Below, in pieces: positions 8,200 to 18,418 of a stretch of 64,000 bases of DNA (position 1 is the stretch's first letter; every line of letters begins with the position of its first letter). Below the pieces are notes generated by a model, which ran no database searches, was not told the DNA's origin, and saw nothing but the letters and a program-made list of their open reading frames with translations. Source of the stretch: Bacteroidales bacterium. Lineage in GTDB: Bacteria; Bacteroidota; Bacteroidia; Bacteroidales; P3. The translations under genes were made by a program, and so were the position numbers. The stretch is taken from contig JAFXAA010000030.1 of assembly GCA_017522105.1 (NCBI GenBank), positions 2,176 to 66,175 of the forward strand, written 5' to 3'.

Positions 8200-9834
8200 A
8201 TGAACAACAGCATTTTCATGTTTCCCAAGCCCGAGAACGAACCCGTTAAAGGCTATGCTCCCGGCAGCCCTGAAAGAGCGGAAATCCGCAAAGCCCTCGA
8301 CGAACTCTACGCCAAGGTGACCGAAATCCCTGCCATCATCGGCGGCAAGGAGGTCAAGACCAAGAATATGGGCGAAGTGGTGATGCCCACGGAGAACCAC
8401 CACGTGCTGGCCCGCTACCACAAGGTGGGCGAGAAGGAGGTGCAGGCCGCCATAGACGCCGCCATGAAGGCCCGCAAGGAATGGGCCGAGACTCCGTGGA
8501 TAGACCGCGCCAGCGTGATGATGAAGATTGCCACGCTCATCAGCGGCAAGTATCGCTACCTCATCAACGCCGCCACCATGCTCGGCCAGGGCAAGACCAC
8601 CATGCAGGCCGAGATCGACAGCGCCTGCGAGCTGGTGGACTTCCTTCGCTATAATACCTACTATGCCAGCCAGATATACAGCGACCAGCCCTGCTCTGAC
8701 AAGGGCACGCTGAACTATGTGACCTACCGCGCCATGGAGGGCTTCGTGTTCGCCATCACGCCGTTCAACTTCACCTCCATCGCCTCCAACCTCTGCCTCA
8801 GCCCCGTGCTGATGGGCAACGTGTGCATCTGGAAGCCCTCGACAACGGCCCTGCTCTCCAACTATATATTAATGAAGATATACAAGGAGGCAGGCCTGCC
8901 CGACGGCGTGGTGAACTTCCTGCCCGGCAGCGGCGCGCTTATTGGCAAGGTGGCCTTCGCCGACGAGAACCTCGCCGGCGTCCACTTCACCGGCTCCACC
9001 GCCACCTTCAAGGGCTTCTGGAAGGCCATCGGCCAGAACATCGACATCTACAAGACCTACCCGAAGATTGTCGGCGAGACGGGCGGCAAGGACTTCATCA
9101 TGGTGCACCGCAGCGCCGACCCCGACCAGGTGGCCACGGCCATCGTCCGCGGCGCCTTCGAGTTCCAGGGCCAGAAGTGCTCCGCCGCAAGCCGCGCCTA
9201 TGTGCCCAAGAGCATGTGGCCCAAGGTGGAGAAGACCGTGGGCAAGATGCTCAAGGAGATCAAGATGGGCGACGTGCGCGACTTCAGTGCCTTCGTCAAC
9301 GCCGTCATCGACGAGGCCTCCTTCGACAACTGCAAGCGCTACATCGATCACGCCAAGAAGAGCAAGGACGCCGAGATAGTCTTCGGCGGCAAGTGCGACA
9401 AGAAGAAGGGCTGGTTCGTGGAGCCCACCGTCATCCTGGCCAAGAAGCCTGACTACAAGAGCATGTGCGAGGAGATCTTCGGACCCATCATCACCATCTT
9501 CGTCTACGACGACAAGGACTATGAGAAGACCTGCCAGCTGTGTGACACCACGTCGCCCTACGCCCTGACGGGTGCCATCTTCGCCACCGACCGCAAAGCC
9601 CTTCGCGCCGGCTACGACCTGCTGAAGAATGCCGCGGGCAACATATACTTCAACGACAAGCCCACGGGTGCTGTCGTCGGCCAGCAGCCCTTCGGTGGCG
9701 CCCGCGCCAGCGGCACCAACGACAAGGCAGGCTCCTACCTCAACCTGCTGCGTTGGGTGAGCCCGCAGGCCGTCAAGGAGACCTTCGACCCCGCCAGCGA
9801 CTACAAGTACCCCTTCATCAGCAGCGCCAAGTGA
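8200..9834 (+). CDS. pruA: L-glutamate gamma-semialdehyde (1-pyrroline-5-carboxylate) dehydrogenase, aldehyde dehydrogenase family
   Basis: ALDH motifs HFTGSTATFKG, IVGETGGKDF and the catalytic Cys in GQKCSAASR. The start is placed at MNNSIFMFPKPENEP. Confidence 0.85.
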   Translation: MNNSIFMFPKPENEPVKGYAPGSPERAEIRKALDELYAKVTEIPAIIGGKEVKTKNMGEVVMPTENHHVLARYHKVGEKEVQAAIDAAMKARKEWAETPWIDRASVMMKIATLISGKYRYLINAATMLGQGKTTMQAEIDSACELVDFLRYNTYYASQIYSDQPCSDKGTLNYVTYRAMEGFVFAITPFNFTSIASNLCLSPVLMGNVCIWKPSTTALLSNYILMKIYKEAGLPDGVVNFLPGSGALIGKVAFADENLAGVHFTGSTATFKGFWKAIGQNIDIYKTYPKIVGETGGKDFIMVHRSADPDQVATAIVRGAFEFQGQKCSAASRAYVPKSMWPKVEKTVGKMLKEIKMGDVRDFSAFVNAVIDEASFDNCKRYIDHAKKSKDAEIVFGGKCDKKKGWFVEPTVILAKKPDYKSMCEEIFGPIITIFVYDDKDYEKTCQLCDTTSPYALTGAIFATDRKALRAGYDLLKNAAGNIYFNDKPTGAVVGQQPFGGARASGTNDKAGSYLNLLRWVSPQAVKETFDPASDYKYPFISSAK

Positions 9835-9835
9835 T

Positions 9836-9942
9836 TGAAGAGTGAAGGGTGAAGGATGAAGAATTCTTTGCCCGGAATAAAAAGAAATTGGCTGGCGTAG
9901 TCGCAACGACCGCGTCAGCCAATTCTTCATTCTTCACTCTTC
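9836..9942. repeat. word-repeat hairpin (GAAGnnT units) with an inner GGCTGACGCG hairpin; probable bidirectional terminator
   Basis: GAAGAGTGAAGGGTGAAGGATGAAGAATT ... AATTCTTCATTCTTCACTCTTC. The inner stem is TTGGCTGGCG...CGCGTCAGCCAA. It sits between the convergent pruA and FKBP genes. Confidence 0.7.
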
Positions 9943-9955
9943 GTTCCTGTTTCTT

Positions 9956-10564
9956 TCAGAGCACCTTGATGAGCTCTACGGTGAAGATCAGGGCGGCGTA
10001 GGGCGGGATGTCGGCGCCGGCGCCGCGCTCGCCGTAGGCGAGGTTGTAGGGGATGTAGAACTTGTAGACGGCGCCTTCTTTCATGAGCTGCACGCCTTCC
10101 GTCCAGCCGCTGATGACCTGGCGCAGGCCGAACTCGGCGGGCTGGTTGCGGCGGTAGCTGGAGTCGAAGACTGTGCCGTCGATGAGCGTGCCCTCATAGT
10201 GGCAGCGCACTGTGTCGCTGGCTTTGGGCTGGCGGCCCGTGCCTTCCTTGACGACCTCGTACTGCAGGCCGCTGGCGGTGACGGTGACTCCGGCCTTGCC
10301 GGCGTTGGCCTTCAGGAAAGCCTCGCCGTCGGCCTTCGCCGTCTTGCCGCGCTCGGCGGCTTCGGCCTGCTGGCGCTCCTCCAGCTCGTTGAAGAAGTGC
10401 TCCAGCACCGCGTTGGCCTCGGTGTGGCTCATCTTGGGCTGCCGCCCTTCGAGGACGTCGCGTATGGCTTCGGCGTAATCGTCTATGTTCAGGCTCTTCT
10501 GGAGCCCCATTCCGATAAGTTGGTGGGCAATGTTGTGGCCCAATGCATAACTCAGTTTATCCAT
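9956..10564 (-). CDS. FKBP-type peptidyl-prolyl cis-trans isomerase
   Basis: FKBP C-terminal domain (VRCHYEGTLIDGTVFDSS...GWTEG...IPPYAALIFTVEL). The start overlaps the acyltransferase stop by 8 nt. Confidence 0.9.
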   Translation of the reverse strand: MDKLSYALGHNIAHQLIGMGLQKSLNIDDYAEAIRDVLEGRQPKMSHTEANAVLEHFFNELEERQQAEAAERGKTAKADGEAFLKANAGKAGVTVTASGLQYEVVKEGTGRQPKASDTVRCHYEGTLIDGTVFDSSYRRNQPAEFGLRQVISGWTEGVQLMKEGAVYKFYIPYNLAYGERGAGADIPPYAALIFTVELIKVL

Positions 10565-11669
10565 TGTTGTGTTGTTTTGTTTGCGATTTGTTTGATACGC
10601 GTCCTCCCGTGAGCAGCGACGTGGTGCGCGGCATCAGACGCGAGAAGATGGCGTGCAGCAGTGCGCATACCGCCACAGGCACCACTATCTCGGCGGCAAG
10701 TATCAGCCAGAAATGTCCATGGTCGGGGTGGACAAGTAGCTTGCTTATAGGATACACGACCAGGTATTCGGTAATCAGCGGGTGTATGGCGAAAAGCAGG
10801 AAGGCGCTGCCGGCAAGCCAGCCGATAGGCTTGATGTCCTTTCGCTCCACAAGCGTGGCTGCCACTTGTATTGTGGGTACTACAGCCACTATGCTGAAGA
10901 GGTGCTCAATGTATATGAATGAAGGGTTCCATGTACTATGTAGCCATACGTGCAGTGCAATAAGCAGTGTAGGTACTGTAAGGCTTAACCACATGGGCAC
11001 GCGGCGTGCTGTCTCCACGATGTTCATCTTATGGATGCCCATATAAGCCCCTGCGCTGAAAAATAGCAGCGCTGCGGGAAGGTGCTTAAAGATTGGGTGC
11101 CACTGCTCAGGATAGGGGAGTATGTATAATGCGGCAAGGATGATAAGGAGCCAGGGTCGTTTGCTGTGTAGCAGATGATAGAGCTGTAGGCTTATCAGGC
11201 ACACTACTATCAGATCGCGCAAAAACCACAGCTGAAAGGCTTTGGGCATACCCTGGTAGCCTTCGCCGATGCCAAAGAATATGTCAAGTATTTTTTGAGG
11301 GTAGAATAGCTTGATTGACAACCGGCCTTGCAACACCACAACGATGAGTTGCAGCGCCCAGGCAAAAAAGTTCCAGAAGAGGTATGGGATGAGCAGCGTT
11401 CGCACACGTTTCCTTATCTTTTCGCGATAGGTATCGAGGGTGAACGTCTCGGGCTGGCGGAAGAACCAATAGCCGGAGAAGATGAAGAACAGCGGCACGG
11501 CGACGAGGCTGATGGTGCGTAGAATATAGTAAAGTGTTTCCGGCGGTCCTTCGTGTGGCATGGACCAAAGCAGGGCGGTGTCGGTGTGGAGTATGACGAT
11601 GAGCACCATCAGCGGGTAGCGTAGCCACTCAATAGTGCGCGACTGCAGGTTGGTGATGGCGATGGTCAT
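10557..11669 (-). CDS. acyltransferase family 3-like integral membrane protein
   Basis: About 10 hydrophobic helices and an acyltransferase-3-like N-terminus (IEWLRYPLMVLIVILH). It makes an ATGA overlap with the upstream gene. Confidence 0.75.
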   Translation of the reverse strand: MTIAITNLQSRTIEWLRYPLMVLIVILHTDTALLWSMPHEGPPETLYYILRTISLVAVPLFFIFSGYWFFRQPETFTLDTYREKIRKRVRTLLIPYLFWNFFAWALQLIVVVLQGRLSIKLFYPQKILDIFFGIGEGYQGMPKAFQLWFLRDLIVVCLISLQLYHLLHSKRPWLLIILAALYILPYPEQWHPIFKHLPAALLFFSAGAYMGIHKMNIVETARRVPMWLSLTVPTLLIALHVWLHSTWNPSFIYIEHLFSIVAVVPTIQVAATLVERKDIKPIGWLAGSAFLLFAIHPLITEYLVVYPISKLLVHPDHGHFWLILAAEIVVPVAVCALLHAIFSRLMPRTTSLLTGGRVSNKSQTKQHNNG

Positions 11670-12559
11670 TGCTTGAAGCGTTGGCGTAGGTAGAGGATGG
11701 CGTCGATGTTGCGGGGGACTTGGAGGTCGAAGGTGCCGCTGACAATGCCGATTACATGGCCATCCCGCACGGCACGGAGTGTGTTGTAAGGCTTCATGTC
11801 GCAGAAGGCGGCGCTGTCCTCGCGGCGCACGATGATGTAGTCGGGGTTCTCTTTCATCAGGGCTTCAAGGCTGTAGCTCCAGCCTTCCACGCCTTCGGCA
11901 ATGTTGCGTCCGCCGGCCATGCGTATAATGTCGTTGATGAAGGTGTTGCCGCCGGCGGTGAAGTTGCCCGAGGGGCCGAAGCCCACCACATAGTAGCAGC
12001 TGGCAGCGCTGGTGCGAGCTTCTCCGAGGGATGTCGCCTTACGGCGCAGCGTGGCGTTCAGGCTGTCAGCCTCCGTTTCCTTACCCACCAAGCGGCCGAT
12101 GGCGCGTATGTTGTCGTAGAGGGCCTCGAAGCGCGGCTTCTCGATGACGCACACCATCGGGGTGCCCATGGCGTCCATCTGGTCGGTGATTTTCTTGCCC
12201 ACCATGGAGCCGCTGATGACGAGGTCGGGGTTGAGGGAGAGAATGCTCTCGATGTTGAGGTTGCTGATGCCGCCGATACTGGGAATGCTCTGCGCCTCAG
12301 GCGGGTACTCGCAGAAGTCTGTGCGGCCGACGAGGATGTCTTGTGCGCCGAGGGCGTACATAATCTCGGTGACGGCAGGGGAGAGGCTCACCACGCGCTG
12401 CGGGTGAGCGGGCACCACCACCGTGCGACCATAGTCGTCGACGACGGTGTCTGTTACTTGCTCTTGGCGTTGCGATCCGCCACAGCCTACGGTTAGCATG
12501 ACAGTCAACAGTAGGCTGAAAACGACAGGCGTTTTTATCGGGTGTATGTTTAGATGCAT
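11666..12559 (-). CDS. periplasmic binding protein, BtuF/FecB-like (cobalamin or siderophore ABC-type substrate binding), lipoprotein
   Basis: Lipobox LTVG|C. The PBP class 8 pattern RVVSLSPAVTEIMYALGA...DLVI is present. The gene lies downstream of a B12 riboswitch. Confidence 0.8.
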   Translation of the reverse strand: MHLNIHPIKTPVVFSLLLTVMLTVGCGGSQRQEQVTDTVVDDYGRTVVVPAHPQRVVSLSPAVTEIMYALGAQDILVGRTDFCEYPPEAQSIPSIGGISNLNIESILSLNPDLVISGSMVGKKITDQMDAMGTPMVCVIEKPRFEALYDNIRAIGRLVGKETEADSLNATLRRKATSLGEARTSAASCYYVVGFGPSGNFTAGGNTFINDIIRMAGGRNIAEGVEGWSYSLEALMKENPDYIIVRREDSAAFCDMKPYNTLRAVRDGHVIGIVSGTFDLQVPRNIDAILYLRQRFKQ

Positions 12560-12575
12560 GGTGTTGTTTCTCTCT

Positions 12576-13880
12576 TTATTCTTGATAGTGACAATTGAAA
12601 CGGCGTTCGTATTCTTCCGCCAGCTGGGGGCGGAAGTCGGGGTGTGCTATGCGGATAAGGTCTTCGGCTCGGTGTTGCAGGGTGCGGCCTTTGAGGCGGG
12701 CAATGCCGTATTCGGTGACGATATAGTCCACGTCGTTGCGCGAGGTGCTGACGGCAGCTCCTGGCGTGAGGAAAGGCTTGATGCGCGAGATGCTCCCGCC
12801 CGCTGCCGTGCTAGGCATGGCGATGATGGCTTTGCCCTCACGTGCAAGTGATGCACCGCGTATGAAGTCAACTTGTCCTCCGATGCCGCTGTATTGGCGC
12901 ATGCCGATGGTTTCGCTGGACACCTGTCCCTGCAGGTCGACCTCGAGGCATGAATTGATGGATATCATGCGGTCGTTCTTGGCAATGATGAGTGGGCTGT
13001 TGACGTAATCAACAGGGTAGAATTCCACATCGGGGTTTTCATCGACGAAGTCGTACAACTCTCGCGGCCCCATGATGAAGGTTACCACAGCCTTGCCACG
13101 ATGCAGCGTCTTGCGGCTGCCGTTGATGACACCCTTGCGCATCAAGTCCATCACTCCGCTGGAGAACATCTCGCTGTGTATGCCGAGGTCGTTTTTCTCT
13201 GTCAGCGACTGCAGCACAGCGTCTGGTATTCCGCCGATGCCTAGCTGCAGCGTCGATCCGTCTGCCACCAGCGAGGCACAGTGGCGTCCGATAGCCATCT
13301 CCACCTCGCCCGGCGAGGGCAAGCGGAGCTCCTGCAGTTGATAAGCGCAGGGGATGATATGGTCTATCTGCGACACATGTATCAGCGTGTCACCATAGGT
13401 GAAAGGCATCATCTCGTTGGTCTCTACGATGACGGTCTTGGCTGCATGGATGGCTGCTTTGGCGTAATCGCAACTCACCCCGAGCGAACAGTAGCCTTCG
13501 GCATTGGGTGGTGTGGCTTGGAAGACAGCCACATCGCATGGGATGTCGTTGCCAATCATCGACGGAACATCTTTGAAGTAGGCAGGGAAAAAGTCACCCT
13601 CCCTGCGTTCTATCACCTCGCGCGAATTTGCCGAGAGGAAGTTGCTCACATGACGGAAGTGACCGAAACAACGCGGCTTGTAGCATGGGTTGTCACCCAG
13701 CGTGGTCATGTGGAAGATGAGCACGTCGTTATAGTCTTCGCAGTGGTCGGCCAATGCCTGCTGTATCAGCCTCGGTGCTGCCGCAGCGTGACCCATCACC
13801 ACACATTGTCCGTCGTGTATGTCTTTGATTGCCTCAAGGGGCTTGCTTACTTTCTTTTTGTAGTCTTCTTTCCAGTTCAT
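12576..13880 (-). CDS. acetyl-CoA hydrolase/transferase family protein (4-hydroxybutyrate CoA-transferase-like)
   Basis: 434 aa, with family-typical segments (GSTLQLGIGGIPDAV, INSCLEVDLQGQVSSE, GIGGQVDF). It is the first gene after the riboswitch. Confidence 0.85.
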   Translation of the reverse strand: MNWKEDYKKKVSKPLEAIKDIHDGQCVVMGHAAAAPRLIQQALADHCEDYNDVLIFHMTTLGDNPCYKPRCFGHFRHVSNFLSANSREVIERREGDFFPAYFKDVPSMIGNDIPCDVAVFQATPPNAEGYCSLGVSCDYAKAAIHAAKTVIVETNEMMPFTYGDTLIHVSQIDHIIPCAYQLQELRLPSPGEVEMAIGRHCASLVADGSTLQLGIGGIPDAVLQSLTEKNDLGIHSEMFSSGVMDLMRKGVINGSRKTLHRGKAVVTFIMGPRELYDFVDENPDVEFYPVDYVNSPLIIAKNDRMISINSCLEVDLQGQVSSETIGMRQYSGIGGQVDFIRGASLAREGKAIIAMPSTAAGGSISRIKPFLTPGAAVSTSRNDVDYIVTEYGIARLKGRTLQHRAEDLIRIAHPDFRPQLAEEYERRFNCHYQE

Positions 13881-14035
13881 AGTATGATAAGTTTATTTTT
13901 TTTTCGCATCGTCGTAGTCGGCAATGCGAACAGTTATATAGTTGCAATAGGGTAGGGCGGGGTGGGCGACAGCCATATGTCGCAGCCTCCAACAAGTGCC
14001 TTATAGACGCGAAAGCATTGCCGAAAAAATCGTAC

Positions 14036-14195
14036 AGGGCAGGTCTCCTGGCTTATCCCTCAAGGCCGAAGTCTTCTCGGAGACGCTTGTCTCCAATGAC
14101 GTTTGTTTTTCTGCCCATCAGCGGTGAATTACAGTTGCGCGACAGCTCATGATTTGCACATGATTCCCTCTTGGCAGCCCCATTACAAGGCTGAC
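14036..14195 (-). promoter_or_regulatory. cobalamin (B12) riboswitch
   Basis: The minus strand reads AAGAGGGAAUCAUGUGCAAAUCAUGAGCUGUCGCGCAACUGUAAU ... GUCAUUGGAGAC...CCGAGAAGAC ... UAAGCCAGGAGACCUGCC. Confidence 0.85.
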
Positions 14196-14268
14196 TCGGT
14201 CGATGTTATTATTTCAAAGTGCTGAATAATTGCCGTCTTGCGAAAGACCGTCTCTCAAAATGGCGATG

Positions 14269-14276
14269 CAAAGATA
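14269..14276 (-). promoter_or_regulatory. -7 box TATCTTTG
   Basis: The plus strand reads CAAAGATA, about 75 nt upstream of the riboswitch core. Confidence 0.55.
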
Positions 14277-14655
14277 CAATCTTTTTCTGTATTATGAAAG
14301 AAAAAATAATACTCTCTGTTTTAAAGTGTGTTTTATAAGTCAAATATTCTCCTGCTCGCCTTCGGCGTCGCGAAATATAGTTGATCTTATAAGTTATTCC
14401 GCCTGTGGCGGTTACGAGTAGCGGCTGATTTATGGTACGTTCTATTTATTTTTCACTTGAGAGTGCGTGTCTTCGGCACGCCGGGGTACATGTGCTTGAT
14501 TGACCCCACACTACAGGTGTGGGGTTATTGATAGCCTCTTGGCTCCATAAAGTCGCCGACCACAGTTCGAGGCACTTCTTAATCAGAGTACTTCTCTTTT
14601 AGTTCTGATTGAGAATTACCAAGCATTCGGATTGATTCCGGTTATTCGGTGTTCG

Positions 14656-15402
14656 TCAGGCATCTTCCATGCCGCCACAGACGGGCAGGACGACGCTGGT
14701 GATGTAGGGGCACATGTCGCTGGCCAGGAAGACGCAGGCCTGTGCCACCTCGTCCACGGTGCCGGGGCGTTTCATAGGTATGCGGCTGCACCAGGTGTCC
14801 ATGAGCTCCTTGGGTATGTCGGCCGTCATCTCGGTCTGCACGAATCCCGGGGCCACCACGTTGACGCGTATGTTGCGTGCGGCGAACTCCTTGGCGCAGC
14901 TCTTGCTGAAGCCTATGATGGCGGCTTTGGAGGCTGCGTAGTTGGCCTGGTTGTAGTTGCCGGCGATGCCCACCACCGAACCCATGTTTACTATGGAGCC
15001 GTGTCCCTGGCGCCACATGGCGGGCTGTATGGCCTTGGTCATGCAGAAGACGCTCTTGAGGTTGGTGTGCATCACGCGGTCGAACTGCTCCTCTGTCATG
15101 CGCTTCACGGCGCTGTCGTCGGTGATGCCGGCGTTGTTGACGAGTATGTCCACTTTGCCGAAGTCGGCGAGGACGTCCTTCACAAATGCCTGAGCCTGTT
15201 CATACTCTGCCACATCGGCGGCGTAGCCTTTGGCTTTCACGCCGAGGGCGGAGAGCTCCTGCTCCACGGCAATCATCTTATCGTTGCGTGTGCGTCCGCA
15301 GAAAGCCACATCGCAGCCCTCCTTAGCGAACCGCACGGCTATGGCGTGACCGATGCCGCGTGTGGCACCGGTGACTATGGCGGTCTTGTTCTGAAGTATC
15401 AT
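14656..15402 (-). CDS. fabG: 3-oxoacyl-[ACP] reductase (SDR)
   Basis: TGATRGIG cofactor motif, the catalytic YAASK, and a FabG-like length of 248 aa. Confidence 0.85.
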   Translation of the reverse strand: MILQNKTAIVTGATRGIGHAIAVRFAKEGCDVAFCGRTRNDKMIAVEQELSALGVKAKGYAADVAEYEQAQAFVKDVLADFGKVDILVNNAGITDDSAVKRMTEEQFDRVMHTNLKSVFCMTKAIQPAMWRQGHGSIVNMGSVVGIAGNYNQANYAASKAAIIGFSKSCAKEFAARNIRVNVVAPGFVQTEMTADIPKELMDTWCSRIPMKRPGTVDEVAQACVFLASDMCPYITSVVLPVCGGMEDA

Positions 15403-15458
15403 CTATGAAATAAAAAAAGCCTCACTCCAATGCCGGAGTGAGGCTTTGTGGTTAATGA

Positions 15459-16487
<1,029 letters not shown>

Positions 16488-16519
16488 TTATATTAAACTT
16501 TTGTTGATTGATTGTTTTA

Positions 16520-16527
16520 CAAAAGTA
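16520..16527 (-). promoter_or_regulatory. -7 box TACTTTTG (gap)
   Basis: The plus strand reads CAAAAGTA, 53 nt upstream of the gap ATG. Confidence 0.5.
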
Positions 16528-16569
16528 TTAAACATTTTCGACATGTGCAAACCTTTTTTAATATTTTCG

Positions 16570-16577
16570 TATCTTTG
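16570..16577 (+). promoter_or_regulatory. -7 box TATCTTTG (mtgA)
   Basis: Lies 10 nt before the ATG at 16588. Confidence 0.55.
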
Positions 16578-16587
16578 CACTCCGGCA

Positions 16588-17436
16588 ATGGCAAAAGAGA
16601 AACGACATAAAACATTGAAGGCCAAAGGGCAGAAGCATAAAGGAGGCCTCAAGCCGTGGGGCGCATTGAGCTTCGTGGGCAAGGTGTGGCGCGTGCTGTG
16701 GCTGACCGTCGTCACCCTGTGGCTCGTCACCGTGCTGCAGGTGCTCCTCGGCTGGTTCATCAACCCTCCGCTCACCCCCCTCATGGTGCAGCGCTTCTTC
16801 CAGCAGGTGGGCGACGGGGAGCGCGCAGTGCGCTTCGAGCGCGACTATGTGCCACTGGACAGCATCAGCAACAACCTGATTACCGCCGTTGTGTATGCCG
16901 AAGACGGTCTCTTCATGTATCACCATGGCTTCGACGTCAAGCAGCTCAAGGCCGCCTACCGCGAAAACAAGAGCGGCCGCCGCTTCCGCGGCGGGAGCAC
17001 CATCAGCAACCAGACGGCCAAAAACGCCTTCCTGCCGCACTCGCGCACCATGGCGCGCAAGGCCTTCGAGGCCTACTATACGGTTATGATAGAGGCCGTT
17101 TGGGGCAAGCGGCGCATCATGGAGGTGTACCTCAACATTATAGAGTTCGGCGACGGCATCTACGGCGCCGAGGCTGCCGCGCAGCACTACTTCGGCCACT
17201 CGGCCCGCCGTCTCACGCAGACAGAGGCCGCCCAGCTTGCTGCAACCCTGCCGGCACCCCTCAAGCGCAACCCCGCACACCAGACACCCTTCTTCCGCAA
17301 GCAGACCCAGCGCATCAAGGAACGCTTTAAGTGGGGTGCTGTAAACATTGATTTACCGATGGAAGAGCGCCGTGGTAGATACAAGGACCGCGAGACTCTG
17401 CTGGAGTTCTACCTATGGACGAAACGACAGAAATAG
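16588..17436 (+). CDS. mtgA: monofunctional peptidoglycan glycosyltransferase
   Basis: GT51 motifs AEDGLFMYHHGFD and RGGSTISNQTAKN. The start is placed at MAKEKRHK; the longer track ORF runs antisense into gap. Confidence 0.85.
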   Translation: MAKEKRHKTLKAKGQKHKGGLKPWGALSFVGKVWRVLWLTVVTLWLVTVLQVLLGWFINPPLTPLMVQRFFQQVGDGERAVRFERDYVPLDSISNNLITAVVYAEDGLFMYHHGFDVKQLKAAYRENKSGRRFRGGSTISNQTAKNAFLPHSRTMARKAFEAYYTVMIEAVWGKRRIMEVYLNIIEFGDGIYGAEAAAQHYFGHSARRLTQTEAAQLAATLPAPLKRNPAHQTPFFRKQTQRIKERFKWGAVNIDLPMEERRGRYKDRETLLEFYLWTKRQK

Positions 17437-18341
17437 AACGCACGTGGATGCGCTACCGGCGCGACTACGAAGCCTACCTTAAGCTTGAGCGCGGCATGGC
17501 CGACAACAGCGTGAAAGCATACATGCAGGACTTTACCCACATGCAGCAGTTCATGTGCGAGCAAGGCATTGCGCCAGAGCAAGTAGCACATGCCGACCTA
17601 CAGTGTTTGTTGAAGCAGTTGTGCGACCTTGGCATTGCCCCGGCATCGCAACGTCGTATGATTGCCGGCTGGCGCATGTTCTTCCACATGCTCGTAGTGG
17701 AGGACGTGCTCAAGGACAGCCCCGCCGCCCTCCTCGACCTGCCCATCAAGCCCAAGCACCTGCCCGATGTGCTCACCGACGACGAGGTCACGGCCATACA
17801 GGATACCTTTGACCGCAGCATCCCCGAAGGCGAGCGCAACTACGTGATTGTGGAGGTGTTGTACGGTTGCGGCCTGCGTGTGTCCGAGCTCGTCAACCTC
17901 AAACTCTCCAACATATACGTCGAAGAGCAGTACCTGCAGGTGATAGGCAAAGGCGACAAGGAACGGTGGGTGCCGATCAACGAACACGCCCTCAGGCTCT
18001 TGCTTGACTACATACACCTTGTGCGCAGCCATCAGGAGCCAACGCCAGGCGAGGAGAAGATAGTCTTCCTCAACCGCCGCGGGCACCGCCTGACGCGCCA
18101 GATGGTGTTCATCATGCTGCGCGACGCCGTTGCCAAGGCTGGCATAAAGAAAAAGGTGAGCCCCCATTCGCTGCGCCACAGCTTCGCCACCGAACTTGTG
18201 GAGAACGGGGCCGACCTCCGCTCTGTGCAGGAGATGCTTGGCCATGAAAGCATCAGCACCACAGAGATTTACACCCACCTCACCCGCGACACCCTGCGCA
18301 ACACCATCGCCGCCTACCACCCCCATTACGCCAAGCATTGA
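17415..18341 (+). CDS. xerD: site-specific tyrosine recombinase XerD
   Basis: Core-binding N-terminus plus HSLRHSFATELVENGADLRSVQEMLGHESISTTEIYTH. It overlaps the mtgA end by 22 nt. Confidence 0.85.
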   Translation: MDETTEIERTWMRYRRDYEAYLKLERGMADNSVKAYMQDFTHMQQFMCEQGIAPEQVAHADLQCLLKQLCDLGIAPASQRRMIAGWRMFFHMLVVEDVLKDSPAALLDLPIKPKHLPDVLTDDEVTAIQDTFDRSIPEGERNYVIVEVLYGCGLRVSELVNLKLSNIYVEEQYLQVIGKGDKERWVPINEHALRLLLDYIHLVRSHQEPTPGEEKIVFLNRRGHRLTRQMVFIMLRDAVAKAGIKKKVSPHSLRHSFATELVENGADLRSVQEMLGHESISTTEIYTHLTRDTLRNTIAAYHPHYAKH

Positions 18342-18418
18342 CGCCTCCGCCACCCCGTCGGCATGACCTGCGGCATGCCCCTCCGCTCCCTTTTTTGTCC
18401 CCATCCTCACCGGCCCCG

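Noticed and set aside
14415-14445. GGCTGATTTATGG resembling the 5' end of tmRNA (GGGGCTGATTCTGG)
   Set aside because: No tRNA-like 3' end (a GGTTCGAATCC-type T-arm), tag ORF or pseudoknot-sized body follows within 400 nt.
17415-18341. xerD as the integrase of a mobile element, or as the mobilising enzyme of the adjacent family A palindrome
   Set aside because: The sequence and context (overlapping mtgA, single copy, no att-like direct repeats, no cargo genes) fit the housekeeping chromosome-dimer resolvase. The palindromes bear no resemblance to a 28-bp dif site.
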